From an uncultured bacterium (lineage in GTDB: Bacteria > Patescibacteriota > Microgenomatia > UBA1400 > PJMF01): 35,214 nucleotides of DNA. Shown here one piece after another: positions 7,560 through 15,389 of this stretch (positions are counted from its first letter, which is position 1; every line of letters starts with the position of its first letter). Both the position numbers and the translations under genes were made by a program. The notes under the pieces were generated by a model. The model made no database searches and had not been told where the DNA came from. It saw only the letters and a program-made list of their open reading frames with translations. Location: positions 1-35,214 of the forward strand of contig CAITDX010000003.1 of assembly GCA_903891335.1 (NCBI GenBank). Reading direction: 5' to 3'.

Positions 7560-9125
7560 CTAGGACAGTAGTGAATCTTTTGCCTGAGTGATAAAATCTG
7601 CTTCTGGAGTTTCCTCCAAGGCAAAGGCAGTTCCTTCTTGCAAAACAAAAGTAAAATCTAGAGGACTACCAAAAATTTCGGTCGCTACTGTCTGTAAAAT
7701 ACTTCTGTTTTTGGCTTGCTCGAGTTGTTCCTTGTGGAAAGAATAATAGACCGCTACCTGAGCGATGCCTGTTTGCAAGCTCTCAAGCGTGCATGATTTT
7801 AATAATGTCTTGAGTGAAAAATGATCGGTAGAAAGTGCAGCTAAAAACTGCTGCCAAATCTCTTTTAACTGATGATTGGGAATACTAATCGTTGTCTTGG
7901 CTGCTGCAACCGACGCAGTCACAGACTCAACTACTGGCGCGACAACTGATGATACTTGAGTCGTCGGTGACACTGACTCAAGTATCATTTTTTTTTTACT
8001 TGAAACTGGTTCTGAAGAACTAGGCGGTTCTTTTGGCTCATCACTTTTTTTACCTTTAGATCGGTCAATCAGTTCCAAAAGCTTAAGTTCTAAAACCAAA
8101 AATGCGATCGGACTCTCTTGATTAAGATTGGCTGCAAGTAGTTCCTTGAGCAAAAACTGATCGATTTTAGCCTGATAGACAGCCTCCCCAGCCACCACTC
8201 CCAAATTGACCAGCAAATCTTGATGCAAGAAACTCAAACAATCTTTGTAAAAATCCTTTTGATTGTAGTTTGCATCCCGTAACATCATAAAAACTTGACT
8301 CAGTGCTGCAGCATCTTTGGCTAAAACTAAATCAAAAATGGCTCTCACATGAGTCAAGCTATCAGTGGCCAATAAAGTACGCACACTTTCCAGATCAAGC
8401 TTGCCGGTTTGACACGCTAATTCCAAAATCTTGACTCCATCTCTGAAACTACCATCAGCTCGCTGCACAATTGGAGTTAAGTCAGCCTCTTTCCAAGCGA
8501 TTTTCTCAGCCTCCAACACCCTCACTAAAGCCGCTTGTAACTCTGCCGCAGTTGCCTTGCGAAAATGCACGACACTACATCGAGAAACGATGGTTGCAGG
8601 AATTTTATGCAGCTCAGTGGTCGCTAAAATAAACACTACATGAGCTGGCGGTTCCTCCAAAATTTTCAGCAAAGCGTTGAAAGCTTCAGTGGTCAGCATA
8701 TGAACTTCGTCAAGAATATAGACGGTCACTTTGCCTTCGGTTGGAGCTAAATCAATTCTCTCTTTGAGTAAACGAATGTCGTCAATGCGTCGGTTTGAGG
8801 CTGCATCTAATTCTTGAACTACAAACGAATGTCCTTCATATACGCGACGAGCAAAGTCACTATTTGGATCGGGCTCAACAAAGACTGGTGTTGCCGGCGC
8901 GGGCTTGCCAAAAAATACATGGTCAACAATCGCTGCATTATGTGGGTCATTGAGCATAGCTCCCAAGATTCTTGAAGCAGACGTTTTGCCCGTCCCTTTT
9001 GGACCAGCGAAGAGCAATGATTGTGGCATTTTGCCATGGCGCATCAATTGCTGCAGCGCTTCACGAACTGAACTAATATTGAGTTCTTGTACTTGTTTGG
9101 GACGATACTGACGATACCAAGCCAT
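7560..9125 (-). CDS. dnaX: DNA polymerase III subunit gamma/tau
   Basis: WYRQYRPK..., Walker A GPKGTGKTS, DEVHMLT, SRC sensor (IVSRCSV). I chose the start at ATG 9125 (MAWYRQYRP) rather than track start 9143, because TGtTACACT (9140..9132) lies 6 nt upstream of it. Confidence 0.9.
   Translation of the reverse strand: MAWYRQYRPKQVQELNISSVREALQQLMRHGKMPQSLLFAGPKGTGKTSASRILGAMLNDPHNAAIVDHVFFGKPAPATPVFVEPDPNSDFARRVYEGHSFVVQELDAASNRRIDDIRLLKERIDLAPTEGKVTVYILDEVHMLTTEAFNALLKILEEPPAHVVFILATTELHKIPATIVSRCSVVHFRKATAAELQAALVRVLEAEKIAWKEADLTPIVQRADGSFRDGVKILELACQTGKLDLESVRTLLATDSLTHVRAIFDLVLAKDAAALSQVFMMLRDANYNQKDFYKDCLSFLHQDLLVNLGVVAGEAVYQAKIDQFLLKELLAANLNQESPIAFLVLELKLLELIDRSKGKKSDEPKEPPSSSEPVSSKKKMILESVSPTTQVSSVVAPVVESVTASVAAAKTTISIPNHQLKEIWQQFLAALSTDHFSLKTLLKSCTLESLQTGIAQVAVYYSFHKEQLEQAKNRSILQTVATEIFGSPLDFTFVLQEGTAFALEETPEADFITQAKDSLLS
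7988..7997 (-). other. A10 homopolymer (slippery tract) inside dnaX
   Basis: T10 on the + strand corresponds to AGT AAA AAA AAA ATG on the coding strand (Lys377-379 counted from ATG 9125). TGA follows immediately in one alternative frame. AAT GAT ACT TGA follows in the other. Confidence 0.6.
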
Positions 9126-9163
9126 GTTCAAAGTGTAACACAAATCAGATAATTTATGACGAA

Positions 9164-9559
9164 CTAATGATCATCATGATGATAGCCAAGTAAATGCAAA
9201 AGTGCATGTTCCAAATAGAAACAAATTTGCTGATCAACCAGCTTGCCGAAGCGCTTGGCCATTCGTACTGCCTCAGGAAAGCTAATCACCACATCTCCCA
9301 GATGCACAAGAGCTTCTGCCGGTAAAGGAAAATCATTAAGTTGCCCCTTGTCATGGTGAGGAAACGACAAAACATCAGTTGACCCTTCATGCTTGAGATA
9401 GGTTTCATTGAGGGTTGTAATCTTACGCGCTCCTACAATCGAAACATCCACCTGTACATTATCTAAACCATGTTCCTGTAAAACTCGCTCAACCGTTTTC
9501 TTGATCAAGCGACGATTAACGGGATACCGGGAGCCAATAAAAAGATTGGTTTTAATCAT
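9164..9559 (-). CDS. ybeY: rRNA maturation endoribonuclease YbeY
   Basis: 131 aa with the C-terminal metal motif HALLHLLGYHH (HxxxHxxxxxH). Confidence 0.85.
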   Translation of the reverse strand: MIKTNLFIGSRYPVNRRLIKKTVERVLQEHGLDNVQVDVSIVGARKITTLNETYLKHEGSTDVLSFPHHDKGQLNDFPLPAEALVHLGDVVISFPEAVRMAKRFGKLVDQQICFYLEHALLHLLGYHHDDH

Positions 9560-9567
9560 AGGAAAAT

Positions 9568-10332
9568 TTATAACGTAATTGGTCCAAGTGGAATACGATC
9601 TTCTGGATCATCAACAAATAATAACATAACTTTGCCTTTAGCATTTTGGCTCCAAATTTTGCCCTCACGAATCACTTCAGGAGAGCCTCCAAATTGCTTT
9701 TTGACCCACATCGCGGGCCCCGCATCGGCCACCACCCCCACCACGGCAATTTTTTCACTAGGATTGAAAACAATCATTTTACGAAATTTATACCAAGGCT
9801 TGAGCGTTGCATACTCCTGATCCCAGTTTGGTAAATACATGAGTTGCACCGCGAAATAGTATTTTTCTCGCTGGATTGATTCAGGAGTCAACTGACCATT
9901 TTCGGTAAACCAACCAAAAGCACCTCGATTAGGAGCAATGCCTGCCTCCTGAAATGCATCATGATCTTTGAGTTCATCGCCAGGAAAACGAATAAGATGT
10001 TGCTCAGCACCCATAATGCCGATGCTATGATTGAGTCGCTGTCCTTCGAGCTGAGCCCTAACCGTAAAACCAAGCATTTCCGATAATTGTTGCTCAAGAT
10101 AGAGTTCAGTTTCTCGCTCCAAATGACCTGCAGGAGAATGTACATAACTGGTGAGTTTGGCTAAAATTTCCTGTTTCTCAGTCTCAGCAATTTCTTTGGC
10201 CACCTGCGCCGCTTGTTCATCAAGCACGACTTGATTGGTGGCTGCTTTTGAAGTCACTGGCGCAGTCATGGCAACCTGACCAGCCATTGCTAAACCCGCC
10301 AAAAATTGTTGTGATTTACTGTGGGCAGTCAT
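9568..10332 (-). CDS. hypothetical exported protein
   Basis: 254-aa ORF packed in the gltX-ybeY gene string. The N-terminus FLAGLAMAGQVAMTAPV is mildly hydrophobic. The C-terminal VVGVVADAGPAMWVKKQFGGSPEV is faintly reminiscent of DPBB (RlpA/3D-like) domains, which is speculative. Confidence 0.6.
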   Translation of the reverse strand: MTAHSKSQQFLAGLAMAGQVAMTAPVTSKAATNQVVLDEQAAQVAKEIAETEKQEILAKLTSYVHSPAGHLERETELYLEQQLSEMLGFTVRAQLEGQRLNHSIGIMGAEQHLIRFPGDELKDHDAFQEAGIAPNRGAFGWFTENGQLTPESIQREKYYFAVQLMYLPNWDQEYATLKPWYKFRKMIVFNPSEKIAVVGVVADAGPAMWVKKQFGGSPEVIREGKIWSQNAKGKVMLLFVDDPEDRIPLGPITL

Positions 10333-10337
10333 AAAAT

Positions 10338-11780
10338 CTAAAGTTTCTGCAGTAAAGTAAGCGCTTGCTGAAGTCGCTCAAGAACGACATCTTTACCAAT
10401 CACCTGCATTGTTTCAAATAACGGAGGAGTGGCTTTTTCACCTGTCACTGCCAGACGCAACATCATAAAATATTGCCCCTTGTGCCAATCTTTTTCTTCC
10501 TGCAACTGTCGAATGGCTGTCTCAATGGTAGCCGTATCCCAAGTATTCATGGCTTGCAATAATGACACGGTTTGCTGGAGCTGCATAATCACCAACTCAG
10601 GTGTGGCCTTTTTCAGCAAAACAGTTGCGTCATAAGAAATTGTGCCATAAAAAAACTTAGTTAAATCAGCAAAATCTGCCAAAGTCACTAAACGCTCTTG
10701 AATCAATGGTAGCACCGCCATTAGCTTCTGACTTGGAAAGGCAGCCGGAACAAAAGGCTTGATACGATCAGCTAATTCCTCAAGACTGAGCTTGCGAATG
10801 TAGACTCCATTGAGCCAATTGAGTTTCACCAAATCAAACGCAACACTGTTGCTACTGAGATCACTTGGTTCAAACTCTCGAATATATTCTTGCAAACTCA
10901 TCACTTCTTCTTGATCGCTCTTAGCCCAGCCTAAAATCATAAAGAAGTTAAGCATCGCTTCAGGTAAGTAACCGCGCTCTAAGAAAGAAATTGCTGATAC
11001 CATGCCTTTGCGCTTACTCATCTTGCCTTTACCATCAGGATTCAGGAAAACAGGAATATGGGCAAACGTCGGCACTTCCCAACCAAAAGCCTGATAGAGT
11101 AAAACATGTTTCGGAGTTGAGCTAATCCACTCTTCACCGCGCATGATGTGAGTGATTTCCATCAAATGATCGTCAATCACTACTGCCAAATGATAGGTCG
11201 GGTACCCATCTGACTTCAGCAACACCTGATCGTCAATAAGATTGGAGTGAAAACGAATCTCTCCTCGGAGCAAATCAGTAAAAACAATCTCTTGGTTTTC
11301 AGGCACTTTGAGACGAATCACATACGACTCACCGGCTTCCACTCGGGTCTTGGCTTCATCCTGAGTCAAATGACGACAGTGTCCATCATAACGTGGCGCT
11401 ACTTTGGCCGCTAATTGCTGCTCTTTGACTGCTGCCAAACGCTCCTTGGAGCAAAAACAATAATAAGCCTTATCATTGTCCAATAATTGCTGAACTTCGC
11501 GCTGATAAATCGCTAAGCGTTCTGATTGGATGTAGGGACCATAGTCGCCACCTTTACCAGGACCTTCATCCCAATCCAATCCATAGCGACGAATCACTTC
11601 CTGGATGGCTTGCACTCCTCCTGGAACTTCTCGTTCTTTGTCGGTATCTTCGATACGTAAAATAAATTGACCGCTATATTTCTTGGCATAGGCGTAATTT
11701 TTGAGTAAGGTCGCCATGCTACCCACATGCATTTCTCCAGTGGGACTTGGGGCCATTCTTGTTCTGATTTGATTTGACAT
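10338..11780 (-). CDS. gltX: glutamyl-tRNA synthetase
   Basis: Class I signatures PSPTGEMHVGS (HIGH) and KMSKRKG (KMSKS). 480 aa. Confidence 0.9.
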   Translation of the reverse strand: MSNQIRTRMAPSPTGEMHVGSMATLLKNYAYAKKYSGQFILRIEDTDKEREVPGGVQAIQEVIRRYGLDWDEGPGKGGDYGPYIQSERLAIYQREVQQLLDNDKAYYCFCSKERLAAVKEQQLAAKVAPRYDGHCRHLTQDEAKTRVEAGESYVIRLKVPENQEIVFTDLLRGEIRFHSNLIDDQVLLKSDGYPTYHLAVVIDDHLMEITHIMRGEEWISSTPKHVLLYQAFGWEVPTFAHIPVFLNPDGKGKMSKRKGMVSAISFLERGYLPEAMLNFFMILGWAKSDQEEVMSLQEYIREFEPSDLSSNSVAFDLVKLNWLNGVYIRKLSLEELADRIKPFVPAAFPSQKLMAVLPLIQERLVTLADFADLTKFFYGTISYDATVLLKKATPELVIMQLQQTVSLLQAMNTWDTATIETAIRQLQEEKDWHKGQYFMMLRLAVTGEKATPPLFETMQVIGKDVVLERLQQALTLLQKL

Positions 11781-11812
11781 AATTTTATTTTGGTTATTGT
11801 ATCATCCCTGAT

Positions 11813-12910
11813 CTAGTTGCTCGACCGACTGACATAATTTGGATCAATTGCACTCACAAAAGCCATCACATTGCCATCGCCTTTGAATACATAGATTGGT
11901 TGCAAGTATTTTTGCTCTTCCAGACTATCAAAATATGCTAACTCTACCTCTCGAAATACTGCTTCTTTCAGACCAGCTCCTCCCACCACATATGCCTCAC
12001 CGGATTGCACTACATTCCAGGCTGCTCGAGCAGTACGCAATGGATAGGTCTCAAAGTTAAGATAATCAATATTCCGATAGTGATATTCCATGGCAACAAT
12101 TGCGTTGTTACCGGAGAAAGCCGAGCTGAGTTTCGCAGACACTACTCCTATCTCACCTGCGCTTGTATACACCTGATAGAGCTGGTCAATCGGGTTACGA
12201 TTGAGGTCAATTTGCAAGAAATTAGCTTCAGACAGCGATAGTGCTGGCTTCAATTCACCTCCAACTGAGCGCAGAAAACTCACCTTACCAGAGGCACTGG
12301 CCATATCTGCCCCTAGTAAATCAGCAGTATTCAAAAACTTCTTGACTTGATCAACAGCCTCAAATTCTTCTGGCAAAACACCTGAGGTAGTCAATAAATC
12401 AGGACGAGCTAAAAAGTTGCTTTGCAGTGAGAAAGTCGAATCAACCGAACTAATTTCCAAACTCATATCCAGTGGCGTATTCTTGGTGAAACGATAGAGT
12501 TCATCTGAGAGCACCTCAGGAGCAAAAATAAACCCATATTTCGAGGCAATTTCTTTGACCCGTTGGTCGGCCAATAAATTAGCCGATGATTTAGTCACCA
12601 AAAATACCTTGGCTCTATCGCTAATTTCCTTGATGCCATAAGGCATTTCCAGTGTATATGAACTAGGCTTATCGGTTTCGGCCTGCAGTGGAAACTGAAT
12701 GCTTGGTAGCACGCCAAAACCAACCGTTGGTGGCGGTGGAGGCTCAGGATGGGTCGCTTTCCAATACGCGACCAGCGCATTGAGAAGCACCCGGCCCACC
12801 ATCAAAAAGACCAAAAACGCCAGCCCATAGCGCACCAACAACCGACCAGCATAATTGACATTGGTTAAGTTGGGACCGCCACTTCCACTAGAATTGGTTT
12901 GACTCGGCAT
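11813..12910 (-). CDS. hypothetical membrane-anchored extracytoplasmic protein
   Basis: 365 aa with one TM (LAFLVFLMVGRVLLNALVAYW) followed by a PEPPPPP linker. Its start overlaps the upstream carboxypeptidase gene by 23 nt, which suggests co-translation. No family recognised. Confidence 0.7.
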   Translation of the reverse strand: MPSQTNSSGSGGPNLTNVNYAGRLLVRYGLAFLVFLMVGRVLLNALVAYWKATHPEPPPPPTVGFGVLPSIQFPLQAETDKPSSYTLEMPYGIKEISDRAKVFLVTKSSANLLADQRVKEIASKYGFIFAPEVLSDELYRFTKNTPLDMSLEISSVDSTFSLQSNFLARPDLLTTSGVLPEEFEAVDQVKKFLNTADLLGADMASASGKVSFLRSVGGELKPALSLSEANFLQIDLNRNPIDQLYQVYTSAGEIGVVSAKLSSAFSGNNAIVAMEYHYRNIDYLNFETYPLRTARAAWNVVQSGEAYVVGGAGLKEAVFREVELAYFDSLEEQKYLQPIYVFKGDGNVMAFVSAIDPNYVSRSSN

Positions 12911-13850
12911 AATCAGCAGCTGTATTGTACTGCGTGAGACTGAGCTCGCGCCACTCGTAATTATTAAAAATCCATTGTACTAATTGACTGGTATCGGCAT
13001 AACGATCTTGGCTATTCATCAAGGTAATTAAAATTTGATGTCCATCTCTCTCAATCAATGTAATTAAAACTTCTCCGGCTAATTCAGTGGTGCCTGTTTT
13101 TACACCTTTGATTCCGCCAATTAAACCAAAAAGTTGATTGGTGCTGCGTAACTGGTAGACTGGCATATTTTGCATCTGACTCGGAATTTCCAGATAAGGT
13201 GTGGCCACTAATTCTCGTAAGAAGTCATTTTTAAGAAGTTCTCGAGTAATCACGGTCAAATCACGAGCGCTACTTTGCTGCTCGCTCTCATCCAACCCGG
13301 CTGGATTGCTAAAACGAGTTTGTTCAAGACCAAGAGCGAGAGCGCGTTGATTCATGGCTTGCACAAAAGCAGTCATTCCTCCTGGATAGTGATTAGCCAA
13401 TAAATAGGCGCTGTCATTAGCAGAAGCAATCATCATGCTGGCTAGCAAATCTCCAACAGACATTTTTTGACCAGGAAAAAGCGGCAGGCGTGTGCCGGCA
13501 GTTGTTGCTTCACTCACCACCGTCAATTCCTGACCAAGATCAAAATGATCAACCGCCACTAGAGCAGTCATCATTTTGGTGGTTGAGGCGGGATACAGCG
13601 GAGTGTCTGCATTTTTTTCATATAAAACCGTCAGAGAATTAAGATCAAGTGCATAGATAGCCTGAGCAGTAAGCTCAGGAAACTGATTAGTTAGTTTCAC
13701 TGCCGGGCTTTTGGGGAGTGGCAGTTCAATCGCGTCGACCAACTCTACTTGATACAAAGCAGTAGTTTTTTGTGGATATAGCAACCAAAAACCAATATTT
13801 AGGAATGTCAACAAAAATACCAATAACCACCCTAGCTGTGATTTTTTCAC
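12888..13850 (-). CDS. D-alanyl-D-alanine carboxypeptidase (serine peptidase S11 / PBP5-like)
   Basis: N-terminal signal anchor plus SxxK (ASTTKMMT), SxN (SANDSA) and KTG (KTGTT) motifs in the correct order. Confidence 0.85.
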   Translation of the reverse strand: MKKSQLGWLLVFLLTFLNIGFWLLYPQKTTALYQVELVDAIELPLPKSPAVKLTNQFPELTAQAIYALDLNSLTVLYEKNADTPLYPASTTKMMTALVAVDHFDLGQELTVVSEATTAGTRLPLFPGQKMSVGDLLASMMIASANDSAYLLANHYPGGMTAFVQAMNQRALALGLEQTRFSNPAGLDESEQQSSARDLTVITRELLKNDFLRELVATPYLEIPSQMQNMPVYQLRSTNQLFGLIGGIKGVKTGTTELAGEVLITLIERDGHQILITLMNSQDRYADTSQLVQWIFNNYEWRELSLTQYNTAADYAESNQF

Positions 13851-13871
13851 TATTCTTTAGTGTAGCAAATC

Positions 13872-15269
13872 TTAGGCAATCTTGATACCCAACTCTTTGA
13901 GTTGATCTTGAGAAACTTCACTAGGCGCATCCATAATGGAGGTATGACCAGTGGAGTTCATTGGGAAAGCAATGGTTTCTTTGAGCGAGTTTTCACCTGC
14001 TAGTAGCATAACTAAGCGATCAAGTCCCAAAGCAATGCCACCATGAGGAGGTGTGCCAAGCTTGAAGGCTTGCAACATGTGACCGATACTGGCTTCAATC
14101 TCACTATCACCGTAGCCCATAATCTTGAAGGTTTGTTTGAGCACTTCTGGCTCGTGAGCTCTAATGCTACCACCACCAGCTTCGTAACCATTACAGACCA
14201 AATCATACTGAGCAGTGATAATTTGCTCGATATTTTCACCAGCTAAATGATCGGCGAGCGATTCATCAATTGGTCGAGAGAAGGGATTGTGAGTGAAGGT
14301 CCAACCACTCTTGCCATCACGAACTTCGGCAATGTCTTTTTTGTCGACTTTTTTGAAAAAGGGGAAACGCACCACCCAAGCAAACGCAAGGACGCCAGCT
14401 TGTTTTTCTTCCTCAGTGCGCAGATCAAATTTATCAGCGCCATATTTAGCAATGGCATCATCGTAGTTGATGACCGGAAACTGTTCCTGTTGGAGCTTAC
14501 CACCAACTTTTTTGACGGCGTTTTTGACAATTTCTTCGACATGCGCCATTAGTTCTTCTTGAGTGACGAAACTCATCTCGAGATCAAGCTGCGTGAATTC
14601 GAAACCCCGATCTGCACGCAAATCCTCATCTCTGATGCAGCGAGCAAACTGATAATAGTTTTCCACACCCGCAGTCATCAGCAGCTGTTTGTATTGCTGT
14701 GGACTCTGAGGAAGCGCATAAAATTTCCCTGGATTAAAGCGTGACGGCACGATAAAATCGCGAGCACCCTCCTTAGTTGATTTGGTCAACATCGGAGTTT
14801 CAACTTCAGTGAAATCTTTTTGATCTAGTTCTTGACGCAGTGCAGTGTAGAACTTGGAGCGCAGACGCACGATTTTCTGCAGTCGCTCCCGGCGTAGATC
14901 GAGATAGCGATATTTGAGACGCACTTCTTCATTGACCTCACGACCATCACCTTGGACTTGAATGGGTAATTCAGCTGCTTGATTGAGAATGGTGTAACTC
15001 TCGACGAAAAGCTCAACCGTGCCAGTAGCAAGCTGTGGATTAACCAGTTTTTCTGGGCGCTGGTTGACTTGACCGACCAATTCAACCACTGATTCGGTGC
15101 TGAGGTCACTGAGTTTACCCTTGATGCCAACTGCTTGAATTTTGCCCGTTCTATCGCGTAAATCGATAAAAGTTACTTTACCATGATCGCGCTTACTGTC
15201 CACCCAGCCACAGAGACGAACGGTTTGACCAACACTTTTCAAAGTATCCAAAACTAAAGTTCGCTGCAT
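13872..15269 (-). CDS. aspS: aspartyl-tRNA synthetase, bacterial-type core but without the GAD insertion domain
   Basis: OB-fold N-terminus (VRLCGWVDSKRDHGKVTFIDLRDRTGKIQ), motif 2 (FRDEDLRADR...EFTQLDLEMSF) and motif 3 (GGIALGLDRLVMLL). I chose the start at ATG 15269 (MQRTLVL) because a canonical TTGCAA-17-TATAAT promoter ends 10 nt upstream. The track's 55-codon extension is Phe/Cys-rich junk that overlaps the divergent gene. Confidence 0.9.
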   Translation of the reverse strand: MQRTLVLDTLKSVGQTVRLCGWVDSKRDHGKVTFIDLRDRTGKIQAVGIKGKLSDLSTESVVELVGQVNQRPEKLVNPQLATGTVELFVESYTILNQAAELPIQVQGDGREVNEEVRLKYRYLDLRRERLQKIVRLRSKFYTALRQELDQKDFTEVETPMLTKSTKEGARDFIVPSRFNPGKFYALPQSPQQYKQLLMTAGVENYYQFARCIRDEDLRADRGFEFTQLDLEMSFVTQEELMAHVEEIVKNAVKKVGGKLQQEQFPVINYDDAIAKYGADKFDLRTEEEKQAGVLAFAWVVRFPFFKKVDKKDIAEVRDGKSGWTFTHNPFSRPIDESLADHLAGENIEQIITAQYDLVCNGYEAGGGSIRAHEPEVLKQTFKIMGYGDSEIEASIGHMLQAFKLGTPPHGGIALGLDRLVMLLAGENSLKETIAFPMNSTGHTSIMDAPSEVSQDQLKELGIKIA

Positions 15270-15279
15270 ATAAGGGAGT

Positions 15280-15308
15280 ATTATATTTTGGACCTCATCT
15301 TTTTGCAA
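15280..15308 (-). promoter_or_regulatory. canonical sigma70 promoter for aspS
   Basis: On the - strand: TTGCAA (15308..15303), 17-nt spacer, TATAAT (15285..15280), then 10 nt to ATG 15269. Confidence 0.6.
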
Positions 15309-15349
15309 TTTATTATTGTAAAAAAAGTAATGCACGCAAAAAAGTGAGG

Positions 15350-15379
15350 TTGTAAAAAAAATACCACATCTGGTAAAAT
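15350..15379 (+). promoter_or_regulatory. sigma70 promoter for the kinase-like/methyltransferase gene
   Basis: TTGTAA (15350-15355), 18-nt spacer, TGg-TAAAAT (TAAAAT at 15374-15379), then 10 nt to ATG 15390. Confidence 0.5.
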
Positions 15380-15389
15380 CACTATCATA

